A stretch of 64,000 nt of DNA. Source: a virus. Its lineage: Duplodnaviria; Caudoviricetes. Made by a program: the position numbers and the translations under genes. Positions 48,697-60,632 of this stretch are shown here, piece after piece (the first letter of the stretch is position 1; every line of letters starts with the position of its first letter). The notes below the pieces were generated by a model. The model did no database searches, had not been told where the DNA came from, and worked only from the letters and a program-made list of their open reading frames with translations. The stretch is from IMG/VR virus record IMGVR_UViG_3300020577_008743, positions 1-64,000 of that record, one strand, 5' to 3'.

Positions 48697-49408
48697 TGAT
48701 CTACACTACGAATTCAACGAAGGTTACTATTTAAAAAAAGAGCACTTCGTTGGAGACGTAATAGTCCTGGCTGGGGACATCTGTAGCCTACCGGATCACA
48801 GATTTGCAGATCTTCCGGATGTACCTGTGATTCATGTGCTGGGTAATCATGAACACTATGGCAAGAACTTTGTCGATACCAAGCGTAAGACGGAAGATGC
48901 TTGGCTGCGGCTAGGCAAAGAGAACGTCAGCGTGCTGAACAATCAGGTTCGAGTGGAAGACGGAGTCAGATTCCTCTGCACCACTCTTTGGACTGATTTT
49001 CTCACCGAAGACAAAATGTATCAGATGGCTGAGTGTAAAAGGGGAATGAACGATTTCTACCAAATTCGTAACTTCACCACCGCCACCTGGATCTACGAAA
49101 ATGACGTGGCCGTGACGTGGCTGAAGCAGGAACTGGCCAAAGAGCACGAAGGAAAGACGGTGGTAGTTACTCACCATGCCCCTTCTTTCAAAAGCAATGG
49201 GGAATGGTACAGAAACAGTAGTATCCGTGCCGGGTTTTGTACTGACATGGAGTATCTAATGAAGGAGGAGAAGATTGACCTCTGGATTCACGGTCACACT
49301 CACGAACCGGCCGATTACATGGTTGGATCAACAAGAGTGGTGTGTAATCCTCTGGGGTATCGAGCTGAGAATCCCAGATTTCAAGAATCGCTTGTAGTAG
49401 AAATTTGA
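48677..49408 (+). CDS. calcineurin-like metallophosphoesterase
   Basis: SDLH, LAGDI, GNHE, THHAP, HGHTH. Confidence 0.88.
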   Translation: MKIQVLSDLHYEFNEGYYLKKEHFVGDVIVLAGDICSLPDHRFADLPDVPVIHVLGNHEHYGKNFVDTKRKTEDAWLRLGKENVSVLNNQVRVEDGVRFLCTTLWTDFLTEDKMYQMAECKRGMNDFYQIRNFTTATWIYENDVAVTWLKQELAKEHEGKTVVVTHHAPSFKSNGEWYRNSSIRAGFCTDMEYLMKEEKIDLWIHGHTHEPADYMVGSTRVVCNPLGYRAENPRFQESLVVEI

Positions 49409-49955
49409 AAGGAAACATCTTGAACAGACTCACTATTTCGCTTGATAAAGAACTCCTTACTCTTGAAGGAGAACATGGAATTTGCTCTCTGCCTGTTGAT
49501 CATCTCAGCACCGCTTTAAGAGCCGAATTGGTGAAGCTGACGGGCTGGGATATGAGCGAATTTTTCTATCCAGGCTCTCTTTTGTTGTGTAAGGTGACTA
49601 GAGTCACGGTGCATCCCCTTTCTTCGGTATACCTGGCCTACCTTTCTGATTTCCACATCAAGGAATTGGTATAAGTAAAGTACAGGGGGGTTATTCTCTG
49701 AAACCGAAAAGGACTTGATATGGACCTCAATCGTCGAAGGAAGGGAGCGGGCTTGTTCCGTCGGAACAGGACACCGTCCATGCTGAAGGGCGGAGACAGG
49801 CCTACCGTTCACATCCCCAAGGCTGGGAAACGCCCCCGGGAATCCCGCAAACCGCTCACCACAGTTCAAACCTGATTCATCCTCGTCTTCCCTACGATTC
49901 CTAACGGAATCTTTCGGCCCGATTCACTGGGCCTTTTTTCGCTTCAGGAATTCTC

Positions 49956-50429
49956 ATGGCATATGTACTGAAAATCAATCCCAGAAACAAGATATTGCTT
50001 TCCCTTCTGGCGATGGACCGGAAACTTCTTATTCACGTAGGGCATCCGTACCTCTGCGGAAATCTCTGCGACCTAGCCCTATGGGGAGTTAAACTTCTTC
50101 TCTGCCTTGCCGCTACTTTAATCTGGTACGGATTTCTGTGGGGAACCATGGCCTGTGCTGCGTATGTAACATACGGAATTTGGAACGATATATTTATCCC
50201 CTCAACAGATCACTCCACCTGGGGTGTGGCTAAGGTGATGTTTGTATTCTTCGGAACCTGCATTGGTTGGATGGTATTCATTGTGTGGATACTGCCCATT
50301 CTTTTACGAACAGGTGTACGTTGGATAAAACTTCTATGGGGGAAACTTACTGAGTCGATGTTCTGTATCACTATTGACTTTGATGATCGTAAGTTGGACG
50401 TTCCCAAACGTCGAGGAGAATATGAATAA
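49956..50429 (+). CDS. membrane protein
   Basis: TM segments. Confidence 0.55.
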   Translation: MAYVLKINPRNKILLSLLAMDRKLLIHVGHPYLCGNLCDLALWGVKLLLCLAATLIWYGFLWGTMACAAYVTYGIWNDIFIPSTDHSTWGVAKVMFVFFGTCIGWMVFIVWILPILLRTGVRWIKLLWGKLTESMFCITIDFDDRKLDVPKRRGEYE

Positions 50430-51659
50430 ATGAGCCAACACGAAGTACTAATATACAAGGCAAAGCTGCTGCCTCATCCCAACGCGGATATGATAGAGCT
50501 TTGTCAGATCGGAGACTACCTCTCTATTGTCAAGAAGGGTGATTTCAAGGAAGATCAGCCGGTAGCCTATATTCCTGAACAATCAATTGTTCCAGAACCT
50601 CTTTTGGAAGAAATGGGGTTGAAGAACAAGCTCTCTGGTGCAGCCCGAAACCGGGTCAAAGCCATCAAGTTGCGTGGTACTCTATCCCAGGGCTTGGTGT
50701 ACGTCAAACCGGGAGGTTACGCCGAAGAGGACGTAGGTCGAAACGTAGCTGAAGAGCTGGGGATCATCAAGTGGTCTCCGACTCTACCGGTCCACCTACG
50801 AGGAAAAGCCAAAGGCATGGCTTACGATATTACTGTCAACTACGATATAGAGAATATCAAAAAATGGAACCGACACATTGAAGAAGGGGACTTGGTAGTA
50901 ATCACCGAGAAAATTCATGGAACAAACGTCCAGATTGGTTATGCTCCACGTTGTGGGAGCAGTGGCGGAGGGGTGGGCATTAGTTATGACGGACAGTCTT
51001 CCTCCGGAGGGCCCGATGGAGGTGGGTCAGGCGTTGACGTGGTCTCATCCGAGACCAGGAATATTCTGTTTGAGAACTCATTCTGGGTTAGTTCAAAAGG
51101 TTTGGGTGGTAGGGGAATCATTCTCGATATGGAAGATTCCTCCAACGTTTACGCCAATATTGCTCGTTCCATCGAATATAACCTTCTTGAGAAAATCCGC
51201 AATTTTTACACCGGAAAAAACCTCAGACACATCGAGTATCTCTCAGGCCTTCAATGCCCCCCGATAGTCCTGATAGGAGAAATATTCGGGCCAGGTATTC
51301 AAACAGGTTTTCACTACGGTCAAACCAAGCCTGAATTCAGGCTATTCGACATTGCTGTAGGCCCTCGTAATAACAGGATGTACCTGAGCTGGGACGATTA
51401 CATGCAAGCAGCCTTTATCATGGGCATTCCGACAGTCCCTACTTTGTATATCGGTCCGTTCTCAAAAGAGATTCTGGCACAGTACACCTCTGGCAAGGAA
51501 AAGGTTACCAACCATTCCCACCACATGAGGGAAGGTTGCGTAGTTCGGTTGATCAATGAGAAGTCTTCAGGAAACCTGGGCAGGGTTATTCTGAAGAGCA
51601 TATCGGAAGAGTATCTAACTAGAAAAGGTACCGAGGAAGAATTGACGGAGTACCAGTGA
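50430..51659 (+). CDS. ATP-dependent RNA ligase (DRB0094/Rnl2-like)
   Basis: HPNAD N-terminal domain, EKIHGTN, GEIFG, FRLFDI, REGCVV, ILKSIS. Confidence 0.88.
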   Translation: MSQHEVLIYKAKLLPHPNADMIELCQIGDYLSIVKKGDFKEDQPVAYIPEQSIVPEPLLEEMGLKNKLSGAARNRVKAIKLRGTLSQGLVYVKPGGYAEEDVGRNVAEELGIIKWSPTLPVHLRGKAKGMAYDITVNYDIENIKKWNRHIEEGDLVVITEKIHGTNVQIGYAPRCGSSGGGVGISYDGQSSSGGPDGGGSGVDVVSSETRNILFENSFWVSSKGLGGRGIILDMEDSSNVYANIARSIEYNLLEKIRNFYTGKNLRHIEYLSGLQCPPIVLIGEIFGPGIQTGFHYGQTKPEFRLFDIAVGPRNNRMYLSWDDYMQAAFIMGIPTVPTLYIGPFSKEILAQYTSGKEKVTNHSHHMREGCVVRLINEKSSGNLGRVILKSISEEYLTRKGTEEELTEYQ

Positions 51660-51665
51660 CGGAAA

Positions 51666-51944
51666 CTAGGAGCAGCTTTTAGCCGCTGCTTCTAGTTTTT
51701 CCTCGTAGCTTTGACGAAGTTCAATCTCGGCCAGTGCTTTTTTTATCTTGGAAAAGACGTTTTCTTCTGGACTGGTGGAATCCAAAGGCATTACTGGACG
51801 TTCGGGTAAAGTAACCTTGCAAGGAACCTGCACAGCTACGTTTACTATCTTGTCTTCAGTTTTGATTATAGGAGCTTGGCTGGAAGCGCAGCCTACTAAG
51901 AGTAAGGCGAATAGTGGAATCAGCATTTGTTGTAGGGGTTTCAT
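51666..51944 (-). CDS. o-spanin (Rz1-like lipoprotein)
   Basis: lipobox LLVGC, Pro-rich; overlaps i-spanin. Confidence 0.8.
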   Translation of the reverse strand: MKPLQQMLIPLFALLLVGCASSQAPIIKTEDKIVNVAVQVPCKVTLPERPVMPLDSTSPEENVFSKIKKALAEIELRQSYEEKLEAAAKSCS

Positions 51945-52338
51945 TTCTCTTTTTTCGTGTTGCCAGGTATTCGTTCAGAATCTTGTCCCCCTCTGAACAA
52001 TAGTCGGTAGTGTTTGGAGTTCTAGCCAAAAGCTCTTGGGCCAAGGATTCGTTCTTAGAGGCTCTTTTTTTAGCCTCTGATACCTCGGTAGCAGCTTTTG
52101 CTGATCGTTCGTCTGAGGCCGTTTTAAGGGCCTCTATGCTGGCATTCTGCTTGTCTATGTCCCTGTCCTTGCTTGCCAGGGTTCCTTCCAGGTTCTTTAC
52201 TGCCTGTTTGAACTCGCCTATGTCCTGGTTAAGCTGGCCGTTCTGGTTTTCCAGATATTTGATTCTCCAGCCCATCAAACCAATAACGACAATCAATACA
52301 ACCAAGCCTATGAGTTGAATTTGTGAAAAGCCAAACAT
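51856..52338 (-). CDS. i-spanin (Rz-like)
   Basis: N-terminal TM plus coiled coil. Confidence 0.78.
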   Translation of the reverse strand: MFGFSQIQLIGLVVLIVVIGLMGWRIKYLENQNGQLNQDIGEFKQAVKNLEGTLASKDRDIDKQNASIEALKTASDERSAKAATEVSEAKKRASKNESLAQELLARTPNTTDYCSEGDKILNEYLATRKKRNETPTTNADSTIRLTLSRLRFQPSSYNQN

Positions 52339-52339
52339 A

Positions 52340-52648
52340 TCAGATCATGGACCAAGTAGGAGAGCCGGTGATAACCGTGTAACTTCCCCCTCCAGTGGTA
52401 CCAGTGTCTCCAACTCTGTGAATTGCCAACCCGCCCAAAGTACAAGTAGCTGAACCAGTGAGGGCTGTGGTGGTATGACCACAAGTGGCCAAACCTTGAC
52501 TCCCAACTACGCAAATAGCTGCTCCATCCAAAGTCCCAATAGGGGATCCAGTGGTGAAAGTGACTGTGTATGCTACTGGGGTTACTCCATGGAGCGTGCA
52601 AATTCCGGAACCGGTATCTCCAACTCTTGCTACTGCTTGAACTGTCAT
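52340..52648 (-). CDS. PAAR-like spike tip protein
   Basis: ARVGD, CGH, HRVGD repeats. Confidence 0.75.
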   Translation of the reverse strand: MTVQAVARVGDTGSGICTLHGVTPVAYTVTFTTGSPIGTLDGAAICVVGSQGLATCGHTTTALTGSATCTLGGLAIHRVGDTGTTGGGSYTVITGSPTWSMI

Positions 52649-55600
52649 GTCAGTATTCCTGTAACTTTAACGGAGGCTGCAACGTAGCCTTGTAGAGGGA
52701 TATCAGCCTGTGGGGCAATGTACTTAAGCAACGTTGCAAACCCGTTAGCAAAACTGATTCTGTAGCCGGTATCCATCTGAACTAAAAACAACTCATACCA
52801 CAAATTTCCAGGTCCGTATCCTTGTAGATCGTAGGGTTTGATTCGTATGGAAACCAAAGAATTATCATAGTCCATCTCAATGGAACTGTCAAGGCTGGAA
52901 TACGTTTTGATAAGGGTGTCACTACCTTTTTCAGGCCTTACGTACAGAGTGGCTACGTAGTTGGATATATCCATCGGGAGATTGGTGGAAGAGTCTCTCC
53001 ACTCAAACTCTATTGTCTTGTCCGATATCGGTGAGACGTTGAAGTTATAGAATATTGTCATCTTATCACGCTATTACGGTACTTTCTTGGTGGATACTAC
53101 GACCCTATCCACTCCTCCAGCCGAAGAGTTGGTTTTCTGAACCGTCTTGGACTTGATGTCTATGTTGGCAGCGGAAATACCTTTGTCCAACGGGGTTTGA
53201 GAGCCAAAGACCTTATCTTTGACATCTTCGTTGTAAATCCACACTCCGTTGTAGTACATGGCCGAACCAAGGAGTTCTGCAGCCACAAGAAGTTGTAACT
53301 GACGGGCAGTAAGATTGCTCTCGAGAATCTCGTCCCAGACTCCGGCTGCAATTTCAGAAACCGTAGGAAAGGTCGAAGAGCCCGAACCAGAGCCGGAGCC
53401 ATCCCCGGTAATAACAGTAGCTGCTGCGCTTGAAAGAACCAGGACCTGAGGACTTCCGGTATTTATGATTCTGTTCAAAGCGTCGGACAGGTTCCCCCCC
53501 GTGACTGTAGCCTGGTATGATCCCGCTGCGAACTTTAGCTTCCACTGGTTTCTAAGGCTGGCAGTAATACCAGTAAAGACTGAGCTGCCGAGGTCGTCTT
53601 TCCCCACGGCAGCAAGAATGGAAGGTTCAACTATTCCTCTTTCGCTAGCCTCTTCTTGTCTTATGGTGTTGACTAAAGTCTGAACAGTAAGCGGCTGTGC
53701 GTCGGCTTGAGGAACGTTGATGAAGCTCGACGCATAGTCGAAAGTAATAGTCAAAAGACACCTATATCAATTAGGTAGCTACTGGGTCAACTGTTCTGAT
53801 AGCGGAGAAGGAAACATCGGAACTTCCAACTGCGCCAGAGTTCTCGAACGGAAGAATTGAATTCCCTGCTCCAGTGGCGTACTTACGTACTCTATACACA
53901 ACGTTGAATCCTGTCAAGTATGTAATGGGTTGGGCAGTGACAGAAGTGCTGGCAGCCGCTTGATCCACCAAGGGAACGTAACAATAATCCGTGGATGAGT
54001 ATGTAGCCGCCAAGGTTCCGCTGAGAGTGAAGACTCCTGTTGCCTTGTTTAGAGCGGTGTAAGTATACCCTACATCCGCCAGTCTGATAACCCCCGTGCT
54101 GGCTATATCAGTGGGCACTGCTCCTGTCATAGCGGTGCTGGAAACAGTTTGAGAAATAGAGACTGAATATGTACCCGTGCTTCCGGTGCTTCCCGTAAGC
54201 TGAGCAGTAATCAAGGTTCCTGTAGTTACTCCAGTCCCGGTAACCATGGATCCGTAGGCAAGGGTTCCGGAACCCACAGCACTTACGGTCATTGTCGTGC
54301 CTGAAATGCTTGCGGTAAAGGTAGAAGTAGTATCTACCGTAACTGTTCCTGCGCCACTTGTTGCAGTCTTGATCTTGAATTGATTTCTGTTGATAACCAA
54401 GCTGCCAGAGCCGGTTGATCTTGCAACCAGTACTCTGTCTCCACTTACAACTCCGGTAACAGACACGGTTACCGAGAGAGGAGGAGTACGAGTGTTACCC
54501 GCGTTGTCAATCAGTACTCTGTTGTTTGAATCAGAAACATTGGTGATAAGAACGCCTCTCGCACCAAAGATCTTACCACCAGCAAACGTGCCGAAGGGAG
54601 ATTGTTTCGTTTCTGCGTAAGTATTTGAATAATAACGATAAAACTTACCGTCTCTAGTCGTCGGAGGAGAACCTGCAGCCCTTGCTCCCGCAGTTGCGTA
54701 CTTCAAGTACTTGTAAACTTGGAGACAAGTAAGGCCGGCTCCGTTTACAGTAATATCATAGTTTTCGTTGTTGCCATCGCCGTCAATGTCTGCTGCGTAC
54801 GGGCCGGCATATGAAATGGTAACAGCACCATAGCTACCCCCGGTTCCATCATCGTTAGTATCGACTGAGGTAGCCAGCGGAACAGGGTTTCTACCCCCGG
54901 TTGCCGTAGCAGTTGCGGAGAAGTTATCGTACAGGTTACCCAAGTCTCGAACATAGGCAGTAATTGCCTTTGCGGTGCCATCGGTGGAAATGTCAGAGCC
55001 AGCTACAGTTACTTTGACTAACTGATCTACGTGACCACTGGCGTAGCCCGGAGGGGCAGAGAGTGCCAAACTGTTTTGGTACAGGTATACAACCCCGCCA
55101 GCAACCAAAGTGCCGATGGTATAGAAGTTGGCCCAAATATCCTCTCCAGAAGCTTGGGAGGGTCCCGTTCCTGCTCCGGTTCCTCCGGTGGTGGAAATGT
55201 TGCCTGAAAAAGTTTGAGCAGAACCTGGAGTTCTTACCCATATTTTCTTCGCGGTATTGTCGTAAGCAAGTAAAGTTCCAGTACCAGTCGTAGCTCCAAC
55301 GATGGTTTTGCCAATGTCCCCGGCAACCCAAGAGGCGGAAACGGTAGTTAAGGTAATTTGATAAATAGCGGTACTAGTGGCATAAGTTGTGGCATCCCAA
55401 CCTATGGTCCTTACAGAGCCGCCGGTGAGATATCCATAACTAGTGTCGTCAATCATCCACCCGTTGATGAGAGCATATTCTGTCGGGGTCGAGGCCGACA
55501 TTGGAACTGGGTCATCCATCTGAGTTGCGTTATCAAACTCATTCATGATCTCGGAATACAAAGCGTTTACCGTTATACGACTAGACCCAGTATTATGCTT

Positions 55601-58600
55601 TATAAGTCTGAGAGCAGTATCGTATTGCCAGTCAGTCAGATTGGTGAAGTTAACAAATGCCATTTCTTGCCTTGAATTTAGTTAGGTACTCTGATTTTAG
55701 CTTTTGGCCGGTTAGGCTATTGTGTCCGGCACTTGAATAACATAGACGTTCACTACTCCGGTACTAGCCGTTAAAAAGGTTTCAAACGGTAAATATTTCT
55801 GTCCGGTAGTGCCCTTCCTAAGTCGCAGCCGAAGATCGTTCAAGGGATTTCCTATGCTGTAATAGTATAGAGTCAGATCAAACTGGGCTATAGTCGAATC
55901 CAGAGTTCCGGATACAACCCCTAGATTTGAGCTGGTACCCCCAGCAGCAGCATTAGTGGAACTAACAAATACCCCGTATTCAGATCCTGCAATAGAGTTT
56001 TGAATTCTAAGGGTAAAAGATCCTACCGGTTCTGAATCGAGTCTTTGTCTTCCGAGAGAGATGCTACCTTGTGGGTAAATGCCCGTATCGGTATTCAAAG
56101 TCAGTATTGAAGGCTGAGTAACCCACGTTAGGGTTGTAAAGGAGGTCATGTTACAACGAATTCCGGATCAATAAATATTGCTGAAGTTCCACTGGAACAA
56201 GGGCTGAATATAATCCATTCCACTGTTATTTCCGTGTTCTGTTGAACGGAAGCCGCCGATATTGAAAACTTCTTAGGCACGTAGTTAGCCCAACTTCCTA
56301 TGTTGGCCCAAGTGTCTCCGGCCGAAGAGGGATCGTCTTTCAACATAGTGGAGTACGACTGTGGGTTATTAGAAGAATCCACCCAAGATACTCGCACACC
56401 AAACTGTTGTTTACCGGTTGTTAAGGTAGAGTCATGACAAAATTTACAGTCAATAGTTCTCGCCCCGGTGGCTAGTCTGTTGTATATCGTTGTCCGGTAT
56501 GAAAAAGGATAATGTATAGACATTACGTTGGTGCTGTACCAAGATAACTGTATTGAATAGGATGTTCCATCTGGCATTGTTGCGGCCAGAGTTGGAAAAG
56601 GCGTTAAGCTGGCCGGATTCCAATACGCTGCCCCACAGGAATTTTCGTATCTTTGAGCTCTATTGTCTGGACCGCCAATAAAACTAAGAAAGTTGTTTCT
56701 TGGAATTCTACCCATAGCAAGCTGTGCTTGTAAGCCCACTACCACGGAGTCTATGTTTAGGTTGTAATTACCTTCAACAACAAAATGAAAAGGGGAGGTT
56801 GTAACGCCGGTTATACCGGAAGTTAGTAACTGTACTCTTGGGTATAGACCGTTATTGGTTGAGAATCTGCATCTAGTTATTCTAAGCTCTACTCCACTAG
56901 AACCGCCCAAAGTTCCAGACGCAAGTAATGGTTGCGCATCCGCTGGGCTACCCCCAAGATTGAACAAAAAATCACAATTATCAAATTCTCTGACCCCGTT
57001 TGTAGCAGCGCCCAGGGTGAGAATGCCGACAGAAGGTAAAGTAGATCTGGAATAAGTAGATTGAGTGATCTTACAATCTTGAAATCTGTACGTCATCGTA
57101 CCGCTGGCAGAGGTTCCAAACCCCCACATGGAGCCCGAACCAATCCCACTTCCCCCATCCGCAAATTCCATTCCGATACCCGTGAATCTTCCAGTTGCAC
57201 CGTCCATTACTCTGCCTGTTGCGCTGGCAGCACTAACATCGAATGTTACTTTTGCATTGTAGGGGTACAAACATCTCCAGACTACGTCAGTACCTGCTGA
57301 CCCGGAATTATCAGGCCTGAAATACACGAAACTACTACCCCCACAAACCAGATTAAGGGTAAACACTCCGGTCCCTGAATCTCCGGTCCACTTCGTAGCA
57401 GAATCAAATATCAAGTTGAGGGGGGACCCGGCAGCGGTTCTATTAAAGTGAACGCTGGAGCCCAAAGTAATACTCTTTCCAGAAGCAGTTCTGACGTAAA
57501 CAAAGTCTTGTTCATTTAATGCTGCCTGGCTAGTCTTGGGACTAACCATTGGTTTACCTACTGCTATTCCGTAGGCAGCGGCGGCTATAGAACTACTCAC
57601 TCCTATAGCGGAAGGGTTGATAAACCATCCGAAGCATCCGCCGGTGCCACCCGTAAATTGAGTGATAGTCGGAGTGCCCCAACTTGCAGTTGCTAGAGCC
57701 CAGTTAGAATTAATAGAATTATTACATTGAGTACTCCCCACTCTCGACATTACCTCTAGCGTAGTACCGCTTGTGTTTCTAGTAAATATAAGGTTTCGAA
57801 GTTGAGGAACTCCGTAAGCAACTCCGGCTCCAACCGCAGTTGTACTTGCGTTCATAGCAGTGACTAAATTATCTATTGAGTTTGTTAAAGCAGCCCCGAC
57901 ATTAAATTGGTTGCCCGTGGCTCCAGAAGCAACTGCAGTAAACACAATCCCGCAGACAGTTACGGTTGCCCCGGCGGAGCAATTGATACCAAATACTATA
58001 CTGCCTATAGAAGAGGCCCCTGATGCAGTAGTCGCAGTTCCATCTCCTTCCTGAGGGGTATTCCAAGTAGGAGTGGTCCCTATATTCGTGGCGTATGCCC
58101 CATGATCTACATAATAATCAGCCATGATATAACTCGTCTTCTGTTGGTGGGGTATCTAGAATTATCAAGGCTCTGCCTGTTCCTAGTAGCCCGAAAGCCT
58201 CTAATTGTTGAACTCCTGCCCTCGTGTCAGGTCGTTTTAAATCAATGAAAGTAGCAACGGTTAAATCTGCTTGAGAAGCTCTGAGTGACGCTGCCAACCC
58301 CCTGGCTTGCATACTTGCTTGAGGATTGTCCAAACCGGCTATTTCAATAGCTATTTTCTCGTTTGAAGTAAATCTGTTTCTAAAGGCAAGCTTGGTTATC
58401 TTCCAAGGCCCATTGTATGGTATCGTCTGGGGAGTTTCTGGTGGGACTATGGTGTAGTCATAGTCAGAAACTGGCCAGCTGTCCCAAATCACCTGAGAGT
58501 CGGCTTGGTATCTATATACTTCCTTGCCGTCAGATTTTCTTGTAATTTTATATTCAGTCATTTCAATTGTAAGTTATAACAAGGTTTCCAACAGCGAACT

Positions 58601-59009
58601 TCTTCGCAGCAGAACCAAGTCCAACTGTGATTTTACTAGGAAATGTAGCGTAGTACAACAGATTTCCACCACTGGCCGAGTCATACAATCCAAACGCTAC
58701 GAGATCTCCCCAACTAGCAGTCGGGACTGCAAAGTTGACGTCCACCAGATTGCTGGTAGAACCAGAAGTTCCCGTGGAAGGAGCGGTGTTGGTTCCTTGA
58801 GTGGTGGACCAATTCGCGGAACTGGAAGTAGCTATGGCAGCTCTGGCATACCCCGTTCCTACCGTACTTACTTCTGTTCCAGTGTCAGAGTCTCCGGGAG
58901 AGACAGTGAAAAGGGCTACATAAATCGTACTTGGAGCAGTGTAGGGAGTTTGTTTGAAAACGTGATCAATCAGTTTGTTTTCTAGATAGTTTGAAAGTCC
59001 GCTTGCCAT
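52645..59009 (-). other. virion/tail-associated structural genes (52645-53061, 53074-53754, 53771-55663, 55712-56149, 56146-58125, 58118-58561, 58563-59009)
   Basis: contiguous G/T/S-rich beta-type ORFs in the late operon. Confidence 0.65.
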
Positions 59010-59095
59010 GGTGTTTCCTAGTTATTTTAAATAGAAACCCCGGAATGAATCCGGGGCACGAGATTAGAAAAAGTCCGTCCCTTCCTATACTCGAT

Positions 59096-59761
59096 TTATC
59101 GGCGTACCTCAAAGGCTACTTTAAAGTCTGGGCAGTCATAAAACATTTGAGGCGTTAAGTTGTTTACGTTGGCTATCATAGCCTCCAAGTTGGGAAACTT
59201 GGTTGTGTAATCCGGTAGTGATTTGAGAGCATCCCTGCAGACTTCCACACAGGAAACGTGGGAACTATCAGAGACATCGAACAGATTATCGTAGGGCTTG
59301 CCAAGGTCTTGAAGCCCGCCAGTTACTACCTTCGTCCAGTCTGAGAGTTCCATGTTCTTTGGAATCAGAACGGCCACTGAGTCACAGTCGAAGGCCTCCA
59401 TGAATGTGGAGAGCTTAGTCCCAGAACCGAGAGCTTCCAGAATCATGAAATCGTTATCTGATTTAACTACATCCCCTTCAACGTTCATCATGGAGTGAGT
59501 CCAATGAGAGCCTTTTCCTGTTGTGAGCAGAGAGGCCAGGGAAATAAGGTAAGAAGTCAAATGACAACTTCTTCGAGTTAAGAGGATGTAGTGATCCTTA
59601 ACCAGAGCCTTACGAAGCCAGTTATGGTCTTCTTCCGTAAGTCTGTAATACAAGCCGCCGTTTATCGCTGCCTGTAGTCTGGGCCATCTAATCCAGGAAA
59701 AGATGGAGAAGACGAAGGTTAAAACTTTGTAGGCAAACGTTTGGTACTTATTAGGCATCAC
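59096..59761 (-). CDS. permuted papain-like NlpC/P60 (YiiX/YebB-like) protein
   Basis: WTHS..EA..GKPYD..SCVE. Confidence 0.7.
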   Translation of the reverse strand: MMPNKYQTFAYKVLTFVFSIFSWIRWPRLQAAINGGLYYRLTEEDHNWLRKALVKDHYILLTRRSCHLTSYLISLASLLTTGKGSHWTHSMMNVEGDVVKSDNDFMILEALGSGTKLSTFMEAFDCDSVAVLIPKNMELSDWTKVVTGGLQDLGKPYDNLFDVSDSSHVSCVEVCRDALKSLPDYTTKFPNLEAMIANVNNLTPQMFYDCPDFKVAFEVRR

Positions 59762-60108
59762 TTACTCCCAGGTTCTTTCCCCTGTGTGTTTGGATTTCTA
59801 TCCTTACCCCAGATTCTACCGGCAATGAAAGTACCTGCGTAAAGTCCAGCGTAACCCTCCGTCATTTTTCCTTCGTTTAGTAATACGATAAAACCGTAGG
59901 TCATAGTGACCAGCACGGTTATGAATGCAAATTTGTAAGACGATACTTTCCCTGTGGTGTCATCCAACACCAGAGACCATAAATCAAAGTTAGTATTTTT
60001 GTTGAAATGAGCTGCTACAAGGCTAGCCATCAGCAACAAAAGAGCTACAAATCCAAGAATTTGGATAAGAGATAGCTTAGCTAACAGAACAGCAATATGC
60101 TCAATCAT
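59758..60108 (-). CDS. holin candidate
   Basis: 3 TM segments next to endolysin. Confidence 0.55.
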   Translation of the reverse strand: MIEHIAVLLAKLSLIQILGFVALLLLMASLVAAHFNKNTNFDLWSLVLDDTTGKVSSYKFAFITVLVTMTYGFIVLLNEGKMTEGYAGLYAGTFIAGRIWGKDRNPNTQGKEPGSK

Positions 60109-60632
60109 GCTCCGAGCTCTTTCTTGGCTCGTTCCCAGAACTTCAATCGGTCATCGTAACCGTTATACCCGCCATTGATTTTCTTGGTTATCAAACGAAA
60201 ATCCCCGGCATCGGCCAGGGGATTTAGATTTTTGTACACATGCCAAAACCATCCAGCGGATTTGACTGCATAATCGGGCTGTTCTAAGACGGCTGGATTA
60301 GAGATCAAATCAACGCCTAGATAATCACCGAGAAGTTTATAGTTGTTTCTTCCGGTTATTTGTATCAATCCTCTGCCTTTGAACTTGGGGCCGTCTCCAG
60401 GTTGAGTATTACCCAAGTCTTTTCTACCCTCATAGGCTTTTCCATCGGCCAGTTCTCTGACGTATCGAAACTGTCCCGATTCATGTGCTAGCTGGGCTAA
60501 AAAAGCGGCCTGCCTAGCTGGGGTGTTAACCTCGAACATCTCCAAGGCTTCTTCTACATGGGGGCCGAATTTGTCCACGTTGGCTTGTGTAGCCAGCGGC
60601 ATTATTTTGCGAAGGACGGAGGTATCAAACAT
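60105..60632 (-). CDS. GH19 endolysin
   Basis: FLAQLAHES, FKGRGLIQITG, INGG.NG..DR. Confidence 0.92.
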   Translation of the reverse strand: MFDTSVLRKIMPLATQANVDKFGPHVEEALEMFEVNTPARQAAFLAQLAHESGQFRYVRELADGKAYEGRKDLGNTQPGDGPKFKGRGLIQITGRNNYKLLGDYLGVDLISNPAVLEQPDYAVKSAGWFWHVYKNLNPLADAGDFRLITKKINGGYNGYDDRLKFWERAKKELGA

